A stretch of 64,000 nt of DNA, from positions 9,734,001-9,798,000 of the forward strand of contig NC_043000.1 of the NCBI RefSeq assembly GCF_006345805.1, written 5' to 3'. The stretch is from Octopus sinensis. Taxonomy: Eukaryota. Below, piece by piece: positions 42,831-57,424 of the stretch. The number at the start of each line of letters is the position of its first letter. The stretch's first letter is position 1. Under the pieces are notes generated by a model. That model was given only the letters and a program-made list of their open reading frames with translations, did no database searches and had not been told where the DNA came from. The translations under genes were made by a program, and so were the position numbers.

Positions 42831-45716
42831 ACATTATTGTTATCATTATTATTATTATTATTATCATTATTATTATTGTTAGTTCGCTAGTATTCTCGAG
42901 AGATGCCTTGATGTGTTAATATTCATGAGCTAATGCTACAGGCCATGCATGGCCAGTGACACCATCATATTATATACTCTGACAAAATTAGGTCTTGCGA
43001 CCGCCCACCTTTGAACGGCGTCAAGGGAAATATTTAAATATCGAAATCAAATATATTTGTATCAAATATAGACTCCTTATCGATCAAGAACCATCTGCTA
43101 TTCCTTAACGTTGCACAAATTCCACAGGAATCTTGACAGTTATGTGTGTTCAAGACTAGTGATTAATCGTAGAACACGTGAATGGAGCAAATTTTATTTT
43201 GTCTCCCTTCCCCACCCTTCTTCATAAATATATACCAGTTGACCTTCTCCTCATTTGTGCATCTGTCTCTGTCCACAGGGTGTTTCAAGTTCATCCGCCG
43301 ATTATCGAGTGAGATATTAGTTTTAGGTAACATGTCTATCGCTTAATGCCAGAATAAATGACATATATACACGAGACTACCATAAACATACATACAGAAA
43401 GAGAGGGAGAGAGAGAGTTTGGGAGGGAGAGATAAAGATAGAAAGAGAGAGAGAGGGAGGGAGAGAGAGAGAGTGCCGAATTCTCTTGGTTACATTTTAA
43501 TGTACACTCCTTCCTTGGAAGGGAACGATAAATTAAAAATGAAAATTGACACGATTCGCACACAGAATACAAAACTGTGATTGGCATACATGAATAATAA
43601 TATACAACTGATAATGCATACATTGGTGATAATGAACGAAATACAAGTAACTCAGACGGTTGTAAGTCCGTTTACATTAACACCCACTCATAGATATACA
43701 CTACGGAACAAAAATGTATTCATAAAAGTATGTTTGTCTTTGTCAATAAGTATGTATTTAAGGGTGTCTTTTGGTTCATCTAACAATATACATAAACCAG
43801 GAAATGTATATAGCCAAGAAAAAAATATCTTATAATTTGACGTGTGACTGTTCCGTAAATACCTAATAATTTTAAGTGTTTTTTATTACATGTTTTTTTT
43901 TTCATTAAACAAACCAAAGTATGTGTATGGAAGAAAAGAATGGGGCGATTAAAGTTTTTTTTTAAATAAACTATTAAAGAATTTAGCATGTCTTCATTTG
44001 AGAAAATTATAAATGCTCTTTAGTTCTTTTTTTTATTGAATAAAACTTAATCGAAAAATCGCAGTTTTTAAAGATCTTGTATTGAATATAACTGCAGTGA
44101 AGATTGCGAATCAGAACGTATATGAATGTGTGTGTGTGAATCTGTGTGTCACTGTGTTTGACAAAATCCATATGAAATGTATATCGAGTGAATAATGCCA
44201 GCTGAATTGAGAAAAAAAAAACAAACAAAATAAAAAAATAAACAAATATAATGTCGGAAATCCTTAGTTTGAATAATAAAAGTCTATTGAAAATAAAATA
44301 TTTAAGTATGCTGGATTAAATATATTGAGCTGAATAGTGATAATTTTGTTTAGAAAACTGGAAACAATGTTTTGTTGATGGTGAAGAAGATAAAAGCGAA
44401 CATTCGAAGCAACAAAAATTGATTTAACAACAGCAAAAAAGAATATAATTGGTATTCAAATATATTAGAAATACAATGGTCGTATTAGAATTGAAACTGA
44501 ATAGAAAATACTAAATATACGCTCAAGGAAACGCATCTTGATTAGCTGTTAGATAATATGAAATACATAATCTGAAAATGAAACGCATGACTTATAAATT
44601 TACTGTGTAATAAAAACTTAAAACTGTACAATATGATTACAAGTTATCATTGGTTAAATATCACTTGAGTTTAAACAAGTAATTACCAAATTACAATGTT
44701 TTAGCAACAGTACAACGTCAAACCCTTACAGAGGAGAGGTGTAGGTAGTCGAATCGATCTAGTGTACGATTGGTGTATAATCTATTAATCTTGGTGGGAT
44801 GAAAGCCAAAACCAGCCTCACCAGGGTTTAAACTGAAAACATAGAGGCCCGGAATTAAATGTTGAAAGTCATTTACTCCGGTTCCTCTGTATTTTTCCTT
44901 TGTAAATCCCACCTCCCAACTAACCGCAGTGTTCAAATATTGAAGATAAAAATACACGTCACTGAATTCTCTATTTCTATAGACACCATGTCAAAAATAC
45001 AACAGACAAATACCTGAAAATCGAAACAAGTATATTCATTGAAGATTTGTTTTGACAGCAAAAGAAATTAATTATTCATTGCAGTAACAGAGGTAACAAT
45101 GTAACAATACATACACATACACATATATACATACATGCATACATATACACATATATATAATTCTCATGTGTGTGTATGTACGTATACATATATCTATGTA
45201 CACATATGCATATATAAGGCATTTTATTACCATCTCATTGCGGGCGTTTCGTTGTATCACTACGTAGACACTCAACACCACGTGCCTCTGTCCTTTCGAT
45301 TGATTGGAATAGGTACCAGAAAGGTGCCTTCACTAAAAAACATCTTGTAGATGCTTTATCTACAGCGATTTAAATAAATAATTTTGATGCAAAGTTCTAA
45401 TACACCAACTAACACATAGACACATATATCTATATCGGCAAATACATTGACATCTATTTGTGTGTCACCAAGCTCATATGTAAGTATATAAGTTGAAACG
45501 TTGTATACTCAGAGGTATATGATTGCAGAGTCTAACCAAAAACTGTTTTACACAGAAATATTAAATGGCGCCAATTGAAACACGTTAGTAGTCTGAATCA
45601 GTGGATTCGTAGACAATCTTTTTCATCATTGTGAAATTCTACATTTCTCAATTGCTCTAACGAAATTCATTATCGATATTTAATTATTACTTCCAGTTCA
45701 TTTAATATCGTTAATA

Positions 45717-45750
45717 TATATAAAGACTGGTTTGAGATTAACCTGACATT
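45717..45750 (+). promoter_or_regulatory. Putative TATA box and initiator-like element
   Basis: TATATAAAG at 45717-45725, ACATT about 29 nt downstream, CCAAT near 45570, and a GTAAGT donor at 45857. These are motif matches only, in AT-rich DNA. Confidence 0.3.
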
Positions 45751-46506
45751 ACACCCCAGACAGACACATTCAGAGGAACACTGGATTTAAAATATAATTT
45801 CTTTCAAGCTTCTTTTTGAAATCCAAAGAAACGAATCAGGGATCATTTATATATTTGTAAGTTTGATATTATTCGAGGCAAATAATTATCATGTACCTTT
45901 GTTTTATAAATAATAGTTGAAATCAAAATATTATTTGCCATTCTTCATTCTTCGCATGCAATCTATGCAAAATGATTAAAATAAAATTCGTTCTATAAAG
46001 AAATACAAGAAAAAACATTGAACAGAAACTAAAAGCAAATGGTCTATAAGAGAGAGAATCAAATATGCTGGTGTATAAATATATGCATAGAACTACAAAA
46101 CTACAGTCCTACAAATACTTGAATTAGCGTGACAGGAAGATACAGAATACAAACTTTACGTTTCATACATCCAAACATATAGAGACATATAAACATAGAC
46201 ACACAGTATTTTTGTTTGTGTACATTGCTATACTTGGGGTAATTTTCTGTTTGTTAAATAGTTTTCACAACTCCGATGTAAACATATACCTTCATAATGT
46301 ATATGAAAGGAAAAGTTTGACTCTGTTTGCATACCTTTTTATGGAAGTATATTTTCACCCAGAAAATATAATATTCCTTCATAGCACATATGACCGTGTC
46401 TTACATCTAACCATACTATTTTGCTCAATATTGGCAAGAAAATCAGGAAAGATATTTTTTTACGTATAGTCTTGAAAGAGCAAAGAATAGTTTTGAACAG
46501 TAAAGC

Positions 46507-46870
46507 ATGGTCAGAAGTGAGACTTATACATGGTAGCTTTCTTCTTTATATTTAATTCCCTTGTCCTTTTTATTGTAAAATTGTGCGTTCAGTAAAAACA
46601 GAGTTTAGTGGTGTTTCATCATATAAGCGTAATCATTATAACCATCATTCTAATCCCCGTTTCCCTTCCCGCCCATCTTTTCTTCCTCCTCCTTCTCATC
46701 ATCATTATCATCATCGCCTATGTATATTATTTTACCAATAAGTAAATAAATATGTATATTTTCTTACAAAAATCCTATTATAAGACACACACATACACAA
46801 ATAAAAAATTTCGGTCGAAATCATTAAACTCTACCATGCCCTCAAGTTGTCTTTCTTCCAATTGTTACTT

Positions 46871-46904
<34 letters not shown>

Positions 46905-47241
46905 CATGAGAATTTTAACCTGTTGCATTGCGAGAAATGAGAAAATACGTAAATATTTCTCAAATAAAAATTTTAAAGCGTGATCGATATTTAATTCCTG
47001 TTTTAAGAGCTCCTTTCTAGTCTGTCAGTCATCGATTATTGATAACTTATAATAAAAGTAGATCTAAAAGAAAATGTGTGTGTTTTTTTAAAGTTTTTTA
47101 AGTTTGTATTTTGAAAAATTTGATCTCTGGTCGCCATCGTTGCCATACTTATGTTCTTATTTCACAGTGGTTCAGGAATTGCCAAAAGAAAAACGGAAAT
47201 CTCTAAAGACTGTTAAACCCATAAAGTTAGGAATGGCATAA
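46507..47241 (+). CDS. Speculative spliced 27-aa micropeptide MVRMVQELPKEKRKSLKTVKPIKLGMA (46507-46516 joined to 47168-47241)
   Basis: Acceptor TTTTTTTACGTATAG (46469), ATG 46507, donor GTGAGA 46517, acceptor TTCTTATTTCACAG (47167), phase-compatible join, TAA 47239-47241, AATAAA 47450. No homology recognised. Confidence 0.25.
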
Positions 47242-48074
47242 CATGTACAGTATGGAAGCGAAAAATCATATGTTGCTAAAGCAACACGCAGGTTAAGGTT
47301 AACGTTCTGGTTAAGTATTGCACCACGTAAAATGTGGTAAAACTATTGAAGTAACAGGACTTTCGAATTGGAAGATGTGGTCATGAGAGTATAAATGGTT
47401 TAAATATTAATTAGCATAGTGGCTAAAGAAAGACAGGAACATAGACGGAAATAAATATTATACAAGCCTCATCATATTATACAAAAAATCCAACATAGAG
47501 AACAGCTATGAACGGTATTCATTTTACGTAATACATCTTAAATCCAATAATACAACTCAGAGTACATATTCTACACAGTCTCCTCACAAAGCTGTTACAT
47601 AAATTACACTCAGTATATTCTATAGTATAGAGTTTATACAACCACTTCCAAATACTATAATACAACTTATACAATACCTTATACAATTCCTAATACTAGA
47701 ACACAACTTACTATATGTATTATTCGCAATTACCTCTCAGCACTAGAATACAAAATGCACATCATATACACTATACAATCACCGAAAAATACTGCAATAC
47801 AGCTTACATACTATATATATACAATACACAATCACTTTCAAATAATATGACAATTTTTCAACAAGCAAGACAAGCATTAAATCAAGACATGACACGAGAA
47901 AACAAATACCTAAACAAAAATAAAATAAAAATAAAAAACAGCATAATATTAGATTCAACAAAAACACAATCCCACTCCCTCAAGTCACAGTTGTGCACAT
48001 CTCAAGAACACGTATGTGCAATGGTGGTGCAGTGTATGTTTCGCATGAAAAATACTATACTGACTAAAAAAAAA

Positions 48075-48083
48075 ATAATAATA

Positions 48084-48120
<37 letters not shown>

Positions 48121-48140
48121 TAACAGTAATAATAATAATA

Positions 48141-48178
<38 letters not shown>

Positions 48179-48202
48179 GTAATAATAATAATAATAATAA
48201 CA

Positions 48203-48293
<91 letters not shown>

Positions 48294-48415
48294 TAATAAT
48301 AATAATAGTAATAATAATATAATAATAATAATAATAACAATAACAGTAATAATAATAATATAATAATAATAATAATGATATCATTGTTATTATTAATATT
48401 ATTATTATTATTATA
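48075..48415. repeat. Long (AAT)n microsatellite with a short inverted (ATT)n end
   Basis: Directly visible. Confidence 0.95.
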
Positions 48416-48792
48416 ATATCATGCAGATAAATTAAAATGAAAAATGAAACAAACAACGGGATTCATCTAAGAATATTTATGCATTCATTGTTAAGGGGGG
48501 AAAAATAAACATACTAGAAAGTAAAGAAATATAAATAAATCCATGGAAATAATGTCTAACATCAAAGTATTACAATGTGGTGATTAAATAAATATATTCA
48601 CCAGCAATTCTCAAATTGCAAGTCTGGCAAAGTGATATTCTTGTTTTTGGTTATTTTTTTTGTTTTGTTTTGTTTTTGAGAAATCAAATATAATGTCATT
48701 ATAAAATATCAAATCATCGACGTCGTTCTTATTTTATGATTTCAACAATTACTGCTTTCATTATTTATATAAATCATCAACAAACACACACA

Positions 48793-48835
<43 letters not shown>

Positions 48836-49114
48836 GCATAAAGGCATGTACACATGCAGGCATCCTGGCAGACACACAGAGGCATACATAGCTGAGCACA
48901 CTGACACATGTACACTCACACACACACACACACACACATGCTCAAACATACTCGCACTCTCCGTTACTCAAAATATATGTGTGAAAATATATATATAACC
49001 GCAACTGTGTTCGTGTGCATTTAGAAGGGACAGAGAGAAGGTGGGTAAGGCAGGTCAGAAAAACAACAATAAAGTAACAGAAAAAGAACAATATTCACAG
49101 GGGCATATTTCACC

Positions 49115-51115
<2,001 letters not shown>

Positions 51116-51396
51116 GTAAATATAAGTAGATTGACTGACAAGAGAGTAGGGATATATGGGAATGAATGATGTGACTAAAAGAAATGGAATATATTTTTTT
51201 ACATGTGACTTTGAATAAGCAACATAAAAACCGTTTTGTTTTCTCTACAAAAATTATAATTTTGTTTCACACCTTTTTTTCCTTCTTTCATTTAATATTT
51301 TTTTCTTTCTCTGCTTTCTCTCCCTCTCCCTCCCTTTCATTTTGCACTTTCTCTTTCTCTCTCTTTTAGTTCATTGTTTACTTGACTTTCACTGCG

Positions 51397-51645
51397 TTAA
51401 ACCATTGGCTTAAATTCGCCGTCTTCTCGCTCTTCGTGTTTGTGTTGTTTTTCTCGGCGGGCAACTACGACAGGAACCGGGGAGTGATGTACGATGTAGT
51501 CGCTTACACTCCCCAAGATGGTTCTTCTTATTTTCCCTTGACCACGTGTTCCAGTTAAAACGTACGTTGCTTTTACTTCATCAATCATCGTAATGACGCC
51601 ATGACCTGGTTTTGAGCAATTCACAACCCGAAATTTTCCATTGAT
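51397..51645 (-). CDS. Universal stress protein (UspA domain), terminal coding exon
   Basis: Acceptor CTTTTGCAG, then INGKFRVVNCSKPGHGVITMIDEVKATYVLTGTRGQGKIRRTILGSVSDYIVHHSPVPVVVARREKQHKHEEREDGEFKPMV*. Contains the USP ATP-binding motif G-2x-G-9x-G-S and HHSPVPVVV. Confidence 0.93.
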   Translation of the reverse strand: MNGKFRVVNCSKPGHGVITMIDEVKATYVLTGTRGQGKIRRTILGSVSDYIVHHSPVPVVVARREKQHKHEEREDGEFKPMV

Positions 51646-51789
51646 CTGCAAAAGCGAATGCAAATATTTCAGTTAGAATATACATAGATACATACATACA
51701 TACAGACAGACAGACACACAGACAGACAGACAGACATACATACATACATACATACATACATACATACATACATACATACATGCATACAT

Positions 51790-51824
<35 letters not shown>

Positions 51825-51894
51825 TACATACATACACACAAACACACAGACACACACACGGTTACAACTGTATGTCTGTGCGTATGTGTGTATA

Positions 51895-52297
51895 GGCGCA
51901 GGATTGGCTGTGTGGCAAGTAGCTTGCTTACCAACCACAAGGTTCCGGGTTCAGTCCCACTGCGTGGCACCTTGGGCAAGTGTCTTCTACTATAGCCTCG
52001 GGCCGACCAAAGCCTTGTGAGTGGATTTGGTGGACGGAAACTGAAAGAAGCCCGTCGCATATGTGTATATATATATGTATGTGTGTGTATATGTTTGTGT
52101 GTCTGCGTTTGTCCCCCCAACATCGTTTGACAACCGATGCTGGTGTGTTTACGTCCCTGTAACTTAGCGGTTCGGCAAAAGAGGCCGATAGAATAAGTAC
52201 TAGGCTTACAAAGAACAAGTTCTGGGGTCGATTTGCTCGAGTGAAGGCGGTGCTCCAACATGGTCAAATGACTGAAACAAATAAAAGAGTAAAGAGA
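51895..52297 (+). mobile_element. SINE family B in the USP intron
   Basis: Full head, body and tail. The flanking CACACACGG.TACAACTGTATGTCTGTG.GTATGTGTGTA is duplicated at about 51853-51892 and 52300-52338. Confidence 0.88.
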
Positions 52298-52342
52298 GCA
52301 CACACGGGTACAACTGTATGTCTGTGAGTATGTGTGTACATA

Positions 52343-52386
<44 letters not shown>

Positions 52387-52400
52387 TATATTATTTACTG

Positions 52401-52780
52401 GGAGATGGATTAAGTATTAGAACTTTATTGGGTACAACATATGTTTCGACCCCTCAGTCTTTTAGCTCTTATTCATTTCCTAACTTGATAGACATAGAAC
52501 AAGCCAGCTGACACTAAAAATCTGTTCTGAGACATCTTTATCAATGTACCTGATGAGACCCAGACTGAGGGGTCGAAACATATGTTGTACACAATAAAGT
52601 TCTAATACTGAATCCATCTCCTATTAATTAATACTGTTACCCTAACTGCCACTGCTGAGTTCCTGAAGTAGATTCAATGGAAGTGTACCACAACTGCAGA
52701 TGACTACAGGTAGTCTAAACTGTGCCGGTGTTCAACATTTAATCAACACTAATCAACTTATACTTATTTGTTCAAATTAT
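52401..52780 (+). mobile_element. Penelope-type fold-back element (60-bp inverted arms plus hammerhead) in the USP intron
   Basis: Arms 52401-52460 and 52562-52621 (2 mismatches by eye). Flanked by (CA)n upstream and (TA)n downstream. Confidence 0.7.
52545..52591 (+). ncRNA. Minimal type I hammerhead ribozyme
   Basis: TGTAC-CTGATGA-GACCC-AGACTGAG-GGGTC-GAAA-CATATG-TT^-GTACA. Stem I TGTAC/GTACA, stem II GACCC/GGGTC, palindromic stem III, GUU cleavage triplet. Confidence 0.8.
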
Positions 52781-53494
52781 TCATTATATATATATATATA
52801 TATATATTTCGATAGGTGAATGAATTATCCTATGTTGGCCGTCAACATGGAAAATTCGATGAACCGATACCAGGGTAGCAAATTCACGTCAGAAACACGG
52901 TTGAAGCGACCTGTCCAAGGGTAGAAACTCCGGGTTCATGTGCAGAAATTATATATATATGTTGTTGTTGTTTTGTCTCATTTGGTCTAAAGTCGTATGA
53001 CAACCACCGTTATATATATTTTGTTTATTCATTCCCTCTCTCTCTTTCGGAGAGGCACAAGCACCTACACGCACATATACACACACGGCAGTAACTTCCA
53101 CCTACCGAATTCAATCACAAAGCTCCGGTGAGCTCGGGGCTATAGTGAAAGGCACCTACCCAAAGTGCCACGCAGTGGGACTGAACCCGAAACCACATAG
53201 CTAGGAAGCAAGCTCCCTACTGTTTTCAATTTTGTTTTCGTCTCTTGTATTTACATCCGTCTTGTGCGTTCACATTCCTGTCTTCTACCAAGAAATCTAA
53301 TGCTTACAGCTTAGTTTTTTTCTTGGGGCTGGCCGAGTTGGAGCAAATATCAGAATTGAACAGCCGAAATTTGCTATGATGATTCGGTGTCTGACTGAAG
53401 ATTGAAGGGTTCGAATGATTTGTCTGTGTTCCGTGTTCGTCCCTTCCTGTATTTCACGTTCATTATATATAAAAACATTCATTCTATATATATA

Positions 53495-53529
<35 letters not shown>

Positions 53530-53532
<3 letters not shown>

Positions 53533-53940
53533 AGTGGCTGTGTGGTAAGTAGCTTGCTTACGAACCACATGGTTTCGGGTTCAGTCCCACTGCATGGTAC
53601 CTTGGGTAAGTGTCTTCTACTATAGCCTCGGGCCAACCAAAGCCTTGTGAGTGGATTTGGTAGACGGAATGTGAAAGAAGCCGTCGTATATATGTATATG
53701 TATATATACATATGTGTGTGTGTGTGTGTGTCTGTTTTTGTCTCCTCCGCCAACATCGCTTGACAACCGATGCTGGTGTGTTTACGTCCCTGTAACTTAG
53801 CGGTTCGGCAAAAGAGCCCAATAGAATAAGTACTAGGCTTACAATGAATAAGTCCTGGGGTCGATTTGCTCGACTAAAGGCGATGCTCCAGCATGGCTAC
53901 AGTCAAATGACTGAAACAAGTAAAAGAGTAAAAGAGTAAA
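53530..53940 (+). mobile_element. SINE family B
   Basis: Full-length match to the 18224 copy. A reversed head fragment also lies at about 53085-53215. Confidence 0.88.
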
Positions 53941-55129
53941 TGAACGTGCACGCACAGATATACTTCCAGGCTTACGTGCGTTCGCGACTATTTACACACA
54001 CAAACGCACGCAATACACTCATACACAAACATTTCCGCGAACAGTTCGATGCAATCTGCACAAACTTTTGGAAATTTCTGTTCAGTACTCCTCCTCCTCC
54101 GTTACTCATAAATGGAAAGAAAAATCATTTTCTTCTTCGCAATGACGCTCTCTCGTTCTCAGTGATCATCATTATGGCTTCCGTGAAGCCAGACATGTCT
54201 AGCGGCGACTTGCTGTCATATTTCACGTGGGAGTAACTTGACACTTAGACAAATTGCTCTTGAGATTAGTAAAGTCTTAAACTGTGCCTGGTACGAGAAT
54301 CTTCTATTAAAACCTCACCCTTTCACACTGCCTGAGCTTCTTATCATATTCTCATTTTTCATTATTTTCTAACTTTGTCATTTTTCATTTATACCTTTTC
54401 GTTTCTCCATCGCTAATTGCTAATTTCTCAGTTGTCACTATCTTCTACCTGTTCCTTCCTCCTCTCATTCCTCCCTTCATTCCTCCTATCACGTTCATAA
54501 GTGCCCTAACTCATAACCACACTAACTTCTCTTAACGTCTTTTTGCTTAGTGTCTCCCGTTTTCTTTCTGACAATACACTCTACTCCCCCCTTTCACCTT
54601 CCCAACCTCTCCTGTTAACGGCGTAACACTACTGTCTCTGTACTGAGAATCTTCTGTCTAAGTTCGACTATGACCAACATCTCACTTACGTCCTTCGCTC
54701 CCGGTGGAGCACATGCTATCAATGACCTCACCCCTCTGTCCTCGAATCTGGGCTGTATGTTTCCCTGAGAGACGGCCTTCCTCTGCCAGATGTTGATTTC
54801 GAATCTTCATCGATGCTTCTGCAAATTTGCTTTTTTAAAGGTAGGAGTGTTAATCATATGCAAACCCATTTTAACATCTGGGAAGAGGTGATCCGTATTA
54901 GTCTAACCTCTATATTTTAACCTTTCCAGCATGGACGGTCTTATCAGAAGCTTGCACTCCACTGACATTGCTCTCTGGTTTATGGAGGCACACAAAGCAT
55001 CACACCGCAACAAAAACAGGACTTTGTGGTGGTATGACCAACAAGCTTCCCTAATTTTTTTTATTTGACCGGGAGATTTCTACCAATCACTTTTATTCGA
55101 GTGTGAACTGAAAGGGGTTCTGTCATACC

Positions 55130-55362
55130 TATTTTTTTACTACCCACAAGGGGCTAAACACAGAGGGGACAAACAAGGACAGACAAACGGATTAAGTCGA
55201 TTATATCGACCCCAGTGCTCAACTGGTACTTATTTTATCGACCCCGAAAGGATGAAAGGCAAAGTCGACCTCGACGGAATTTGAACTCAGAAGGTAGCGG
55301 CAGACGGAATACGGCGACGCATTTCGCCCGGCGTGCTAACGTTTCTGCCAGCTCGCCGCCTT
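55130..55362 (-). mobile_element. SINE family N monomer with 15-bp TSD
   Basis: GGGTTCTGTCATACC at 55115-55129 and 55365-55379 (GGTATGACAGAACCC on the element strand). Confidence 0.9.
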
Positions 55363-55989
55363 TAGGGTTCTGTCATACCACCACTCCAATAACTCTGGCG
55401 AGCGCTAAAATGCCTGTCATCTCCCACTAACTCTGTTACGTTCATTAATAATGTACCCGTTGCAATTCATTCTTTTCAGAACAAATTAATCTTCGCTTCA
55501 CACGCAATGCGCATGCAGTCTAGATACTTCAGACAACTTACGATCTTCTTTCACGAAGAGAGACATGGATATAACCATCTCCAATGGGGATATAAGAATC
55601 AACATTCTTTCGTCAATGCTCTCACACATACATAACATCACTGAAACTAAATCGCAAGCAAATAATTAATTTGAAACCGATATTTTGACTCCAAACTATA
55701 ATCTTTAATAACTTAATCAGAAGAAAGGCGACTCTTCTGTAACAGAAAATATTTCAGACCCACGCAGTTGCAAAGTGTATGCACATACTCGATCACACGC
55801 AGATGAATATCCAAATATCTTAAACCGTAGCCGAAAGAAAGTAATTTAACTGGAGTGGAATGGCACCGAGTCATTCACGAACATACTATAACTCATGCTT
55901 TACAGCCTCGTTGTGATTTATTGTGCTGTCTTCTCATAATACGACATTCACTTCTTTTCACTGTTTATAAGTACATATCTAGTGTCATT

Positions 55990-56718
55990 GAAGGGAGTGG
56001 GTAAATCAATTACATTGACCACCCTACTAGTGTTCAACTGGGCGGTACTTATTTTATCGACCCCAAACGGATGAAAGGCAAAATCAACCTCGGTGGAATT
56101 TGAACTCAGAACATAAAGACGGACAAAATACCTATTTCTTTACTAACCACAAGGGACTAAACATAGAGAGGACAAACAAGGACAGACAAACGGATTAAGT
56201 CGATTATATCGACCCAAGTGCGTAACTGGTACTTATTTAATCGACCCCGAAAGGATGAAAGGCAAAGTCGACCTCGGCGGAATTTGAACTCAGAACATAA
56301 AGACGGACAAAATACCTATTTCTTTACTACCCACAAGGGGCTAAACATAGAGAGGACAAACAAGGACAGACAAACGGATTAAGTCGATTATATCGACCCC
56401 AGTGCGTAACTGGTACTTATTTAATCAACCCCGAAAGGATGAAAGGCAAAGTCGACCTCGGCGGAATTTGAACTCAGAACGTAGCAGCAGACGGAATATC
56501 TATTTCTTTACTACACACAAGGGGACAAACAAGGACAGACAAACGGATTAAGTCAATTACATCGACCCCAGTGCGTAACTGGTACTTAATTTATCGACCC
56601 CGAAAGGATGAAAGGCAAAGTCGACCTCGGCGGAATTTGAACTCAGAACGTAACGGCGTACGAAATACCGCTGAGCATTTCACTCGGCGTGCTAACGATT
56701 CTGCCAGCTCACCGCCTT
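55990..56718 (-). mobile_element. SINE family N tandem tetramer (period about 184 bp)
   Basis: One head at about 56660-56718, with three internal junctions of the type AAAGAAATA|G(G/A)TATT near 56131, 56315 and 56500. Confidence 0.88.
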
Positions 56719-56887
56719 ATTTAGAGTCAAATTATTGAAATTACAGAATTGTGTAAGAAATTTAGAATATCCTTATCTCCAAAATGCTAAATTTAAGTAC
56801 AAATTTGTCATCGTACAAGAAAGGTTTCGGGAATATATAATGGTAAAATAAGCATTAGAATTTTAATAAAATTGTTTTGAATCTTAC

Positions 56888-56979
56888 CTTTAATTTCTGC
56901 ATCATCTCCTCGTAATGTCTACGGACATCCATGGAATGCGATTCTATCTTTTTGCTCAAATCCTGTATTACACCTGGAC
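56888..56979 (-). CDS. Universal stress protein, penultimate coding exon (92 bp); upstream exons not found in the window
   Basis: Acceptor TTTGCTTTTCAATAG, then xPGVIQDLSKKIESHSMDVRRHYEEMMQKLK, then donor AG|GTAAGA. The phase-0 end joins in frame to the 51645 exon and fits the helical middle of a USP domain. Confidence 0.8.
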
Positions 56980-57079
56980 CTATTGAAAAGCAAATATGTT
57001 TGGTTTAAAATCTAGCTGTGTCGTTCGTTTGCTTAAAAAAACTTTATTTGAAAGTTAAATATCATTAAAAATACTTATA

Positions 57080-57325
57080 CAAACACTGTATATCGGATCG
57101 GTTACACTCTAAGAAGAATTCCAACCAGCATTGCTAGACGAGTGTTAAATGGTAACCTAAAGGAAAAGCGTTAAAGTTGGACGACCTCAGAAGATCTGGA
57201 AGGATGCGTGGAGGATGAAGCGAAAGCAATTGATCTCTCTTGTTTGGAAATCAAGAAGTTAGCCCAAGATCGAGTCCCCTGGCATGAAATTGTCGAGGTT
57301 TATGCTCTTTAAGGAATAATGTGAA
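57080..57325 (+). mobile_element. RTE-clade LINE 3' end
   Basis: Reads IGYTLRR..SIARRVLNGNLKEKR/VGRPQKIWK..VEDEAKAIDLSCLEIKKLAQDRVPWHEIVE, the typical RTE C-terminus. Confidence 0.7.
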
Positions 57326-57424
57326 CTAACTATAACTAACTAATGTTAAATAGCCATGAAGACAACGTAATAAGTGTTTAAATAATAGCTGTAGTATAAT
57401 TCTGTGTAAATATTTACTACATTT

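Noticed and set aside
51646-51663. ORF-track start for the USP ORF (MHSLLQ)
   Set aside because: These codons are intronic acceptor sequence; the exon starts at 51645.
51581-52381. 266-aa minus-strand ORF, and recurring peptides such as RRASFSFRLPNPLTRLW and RPRKDERQSRPRRNLNSE
   Set aside because: They are translations of SINE B and SINE N, and their recurrence reflects repeat copy number.
55990-56718. Regularly spaced repeats resembling a CRISPR array
   Set aside because: The whole 184-bp units repeat with no unique spacers, there are no cas genes, and the context is eukaryotic.
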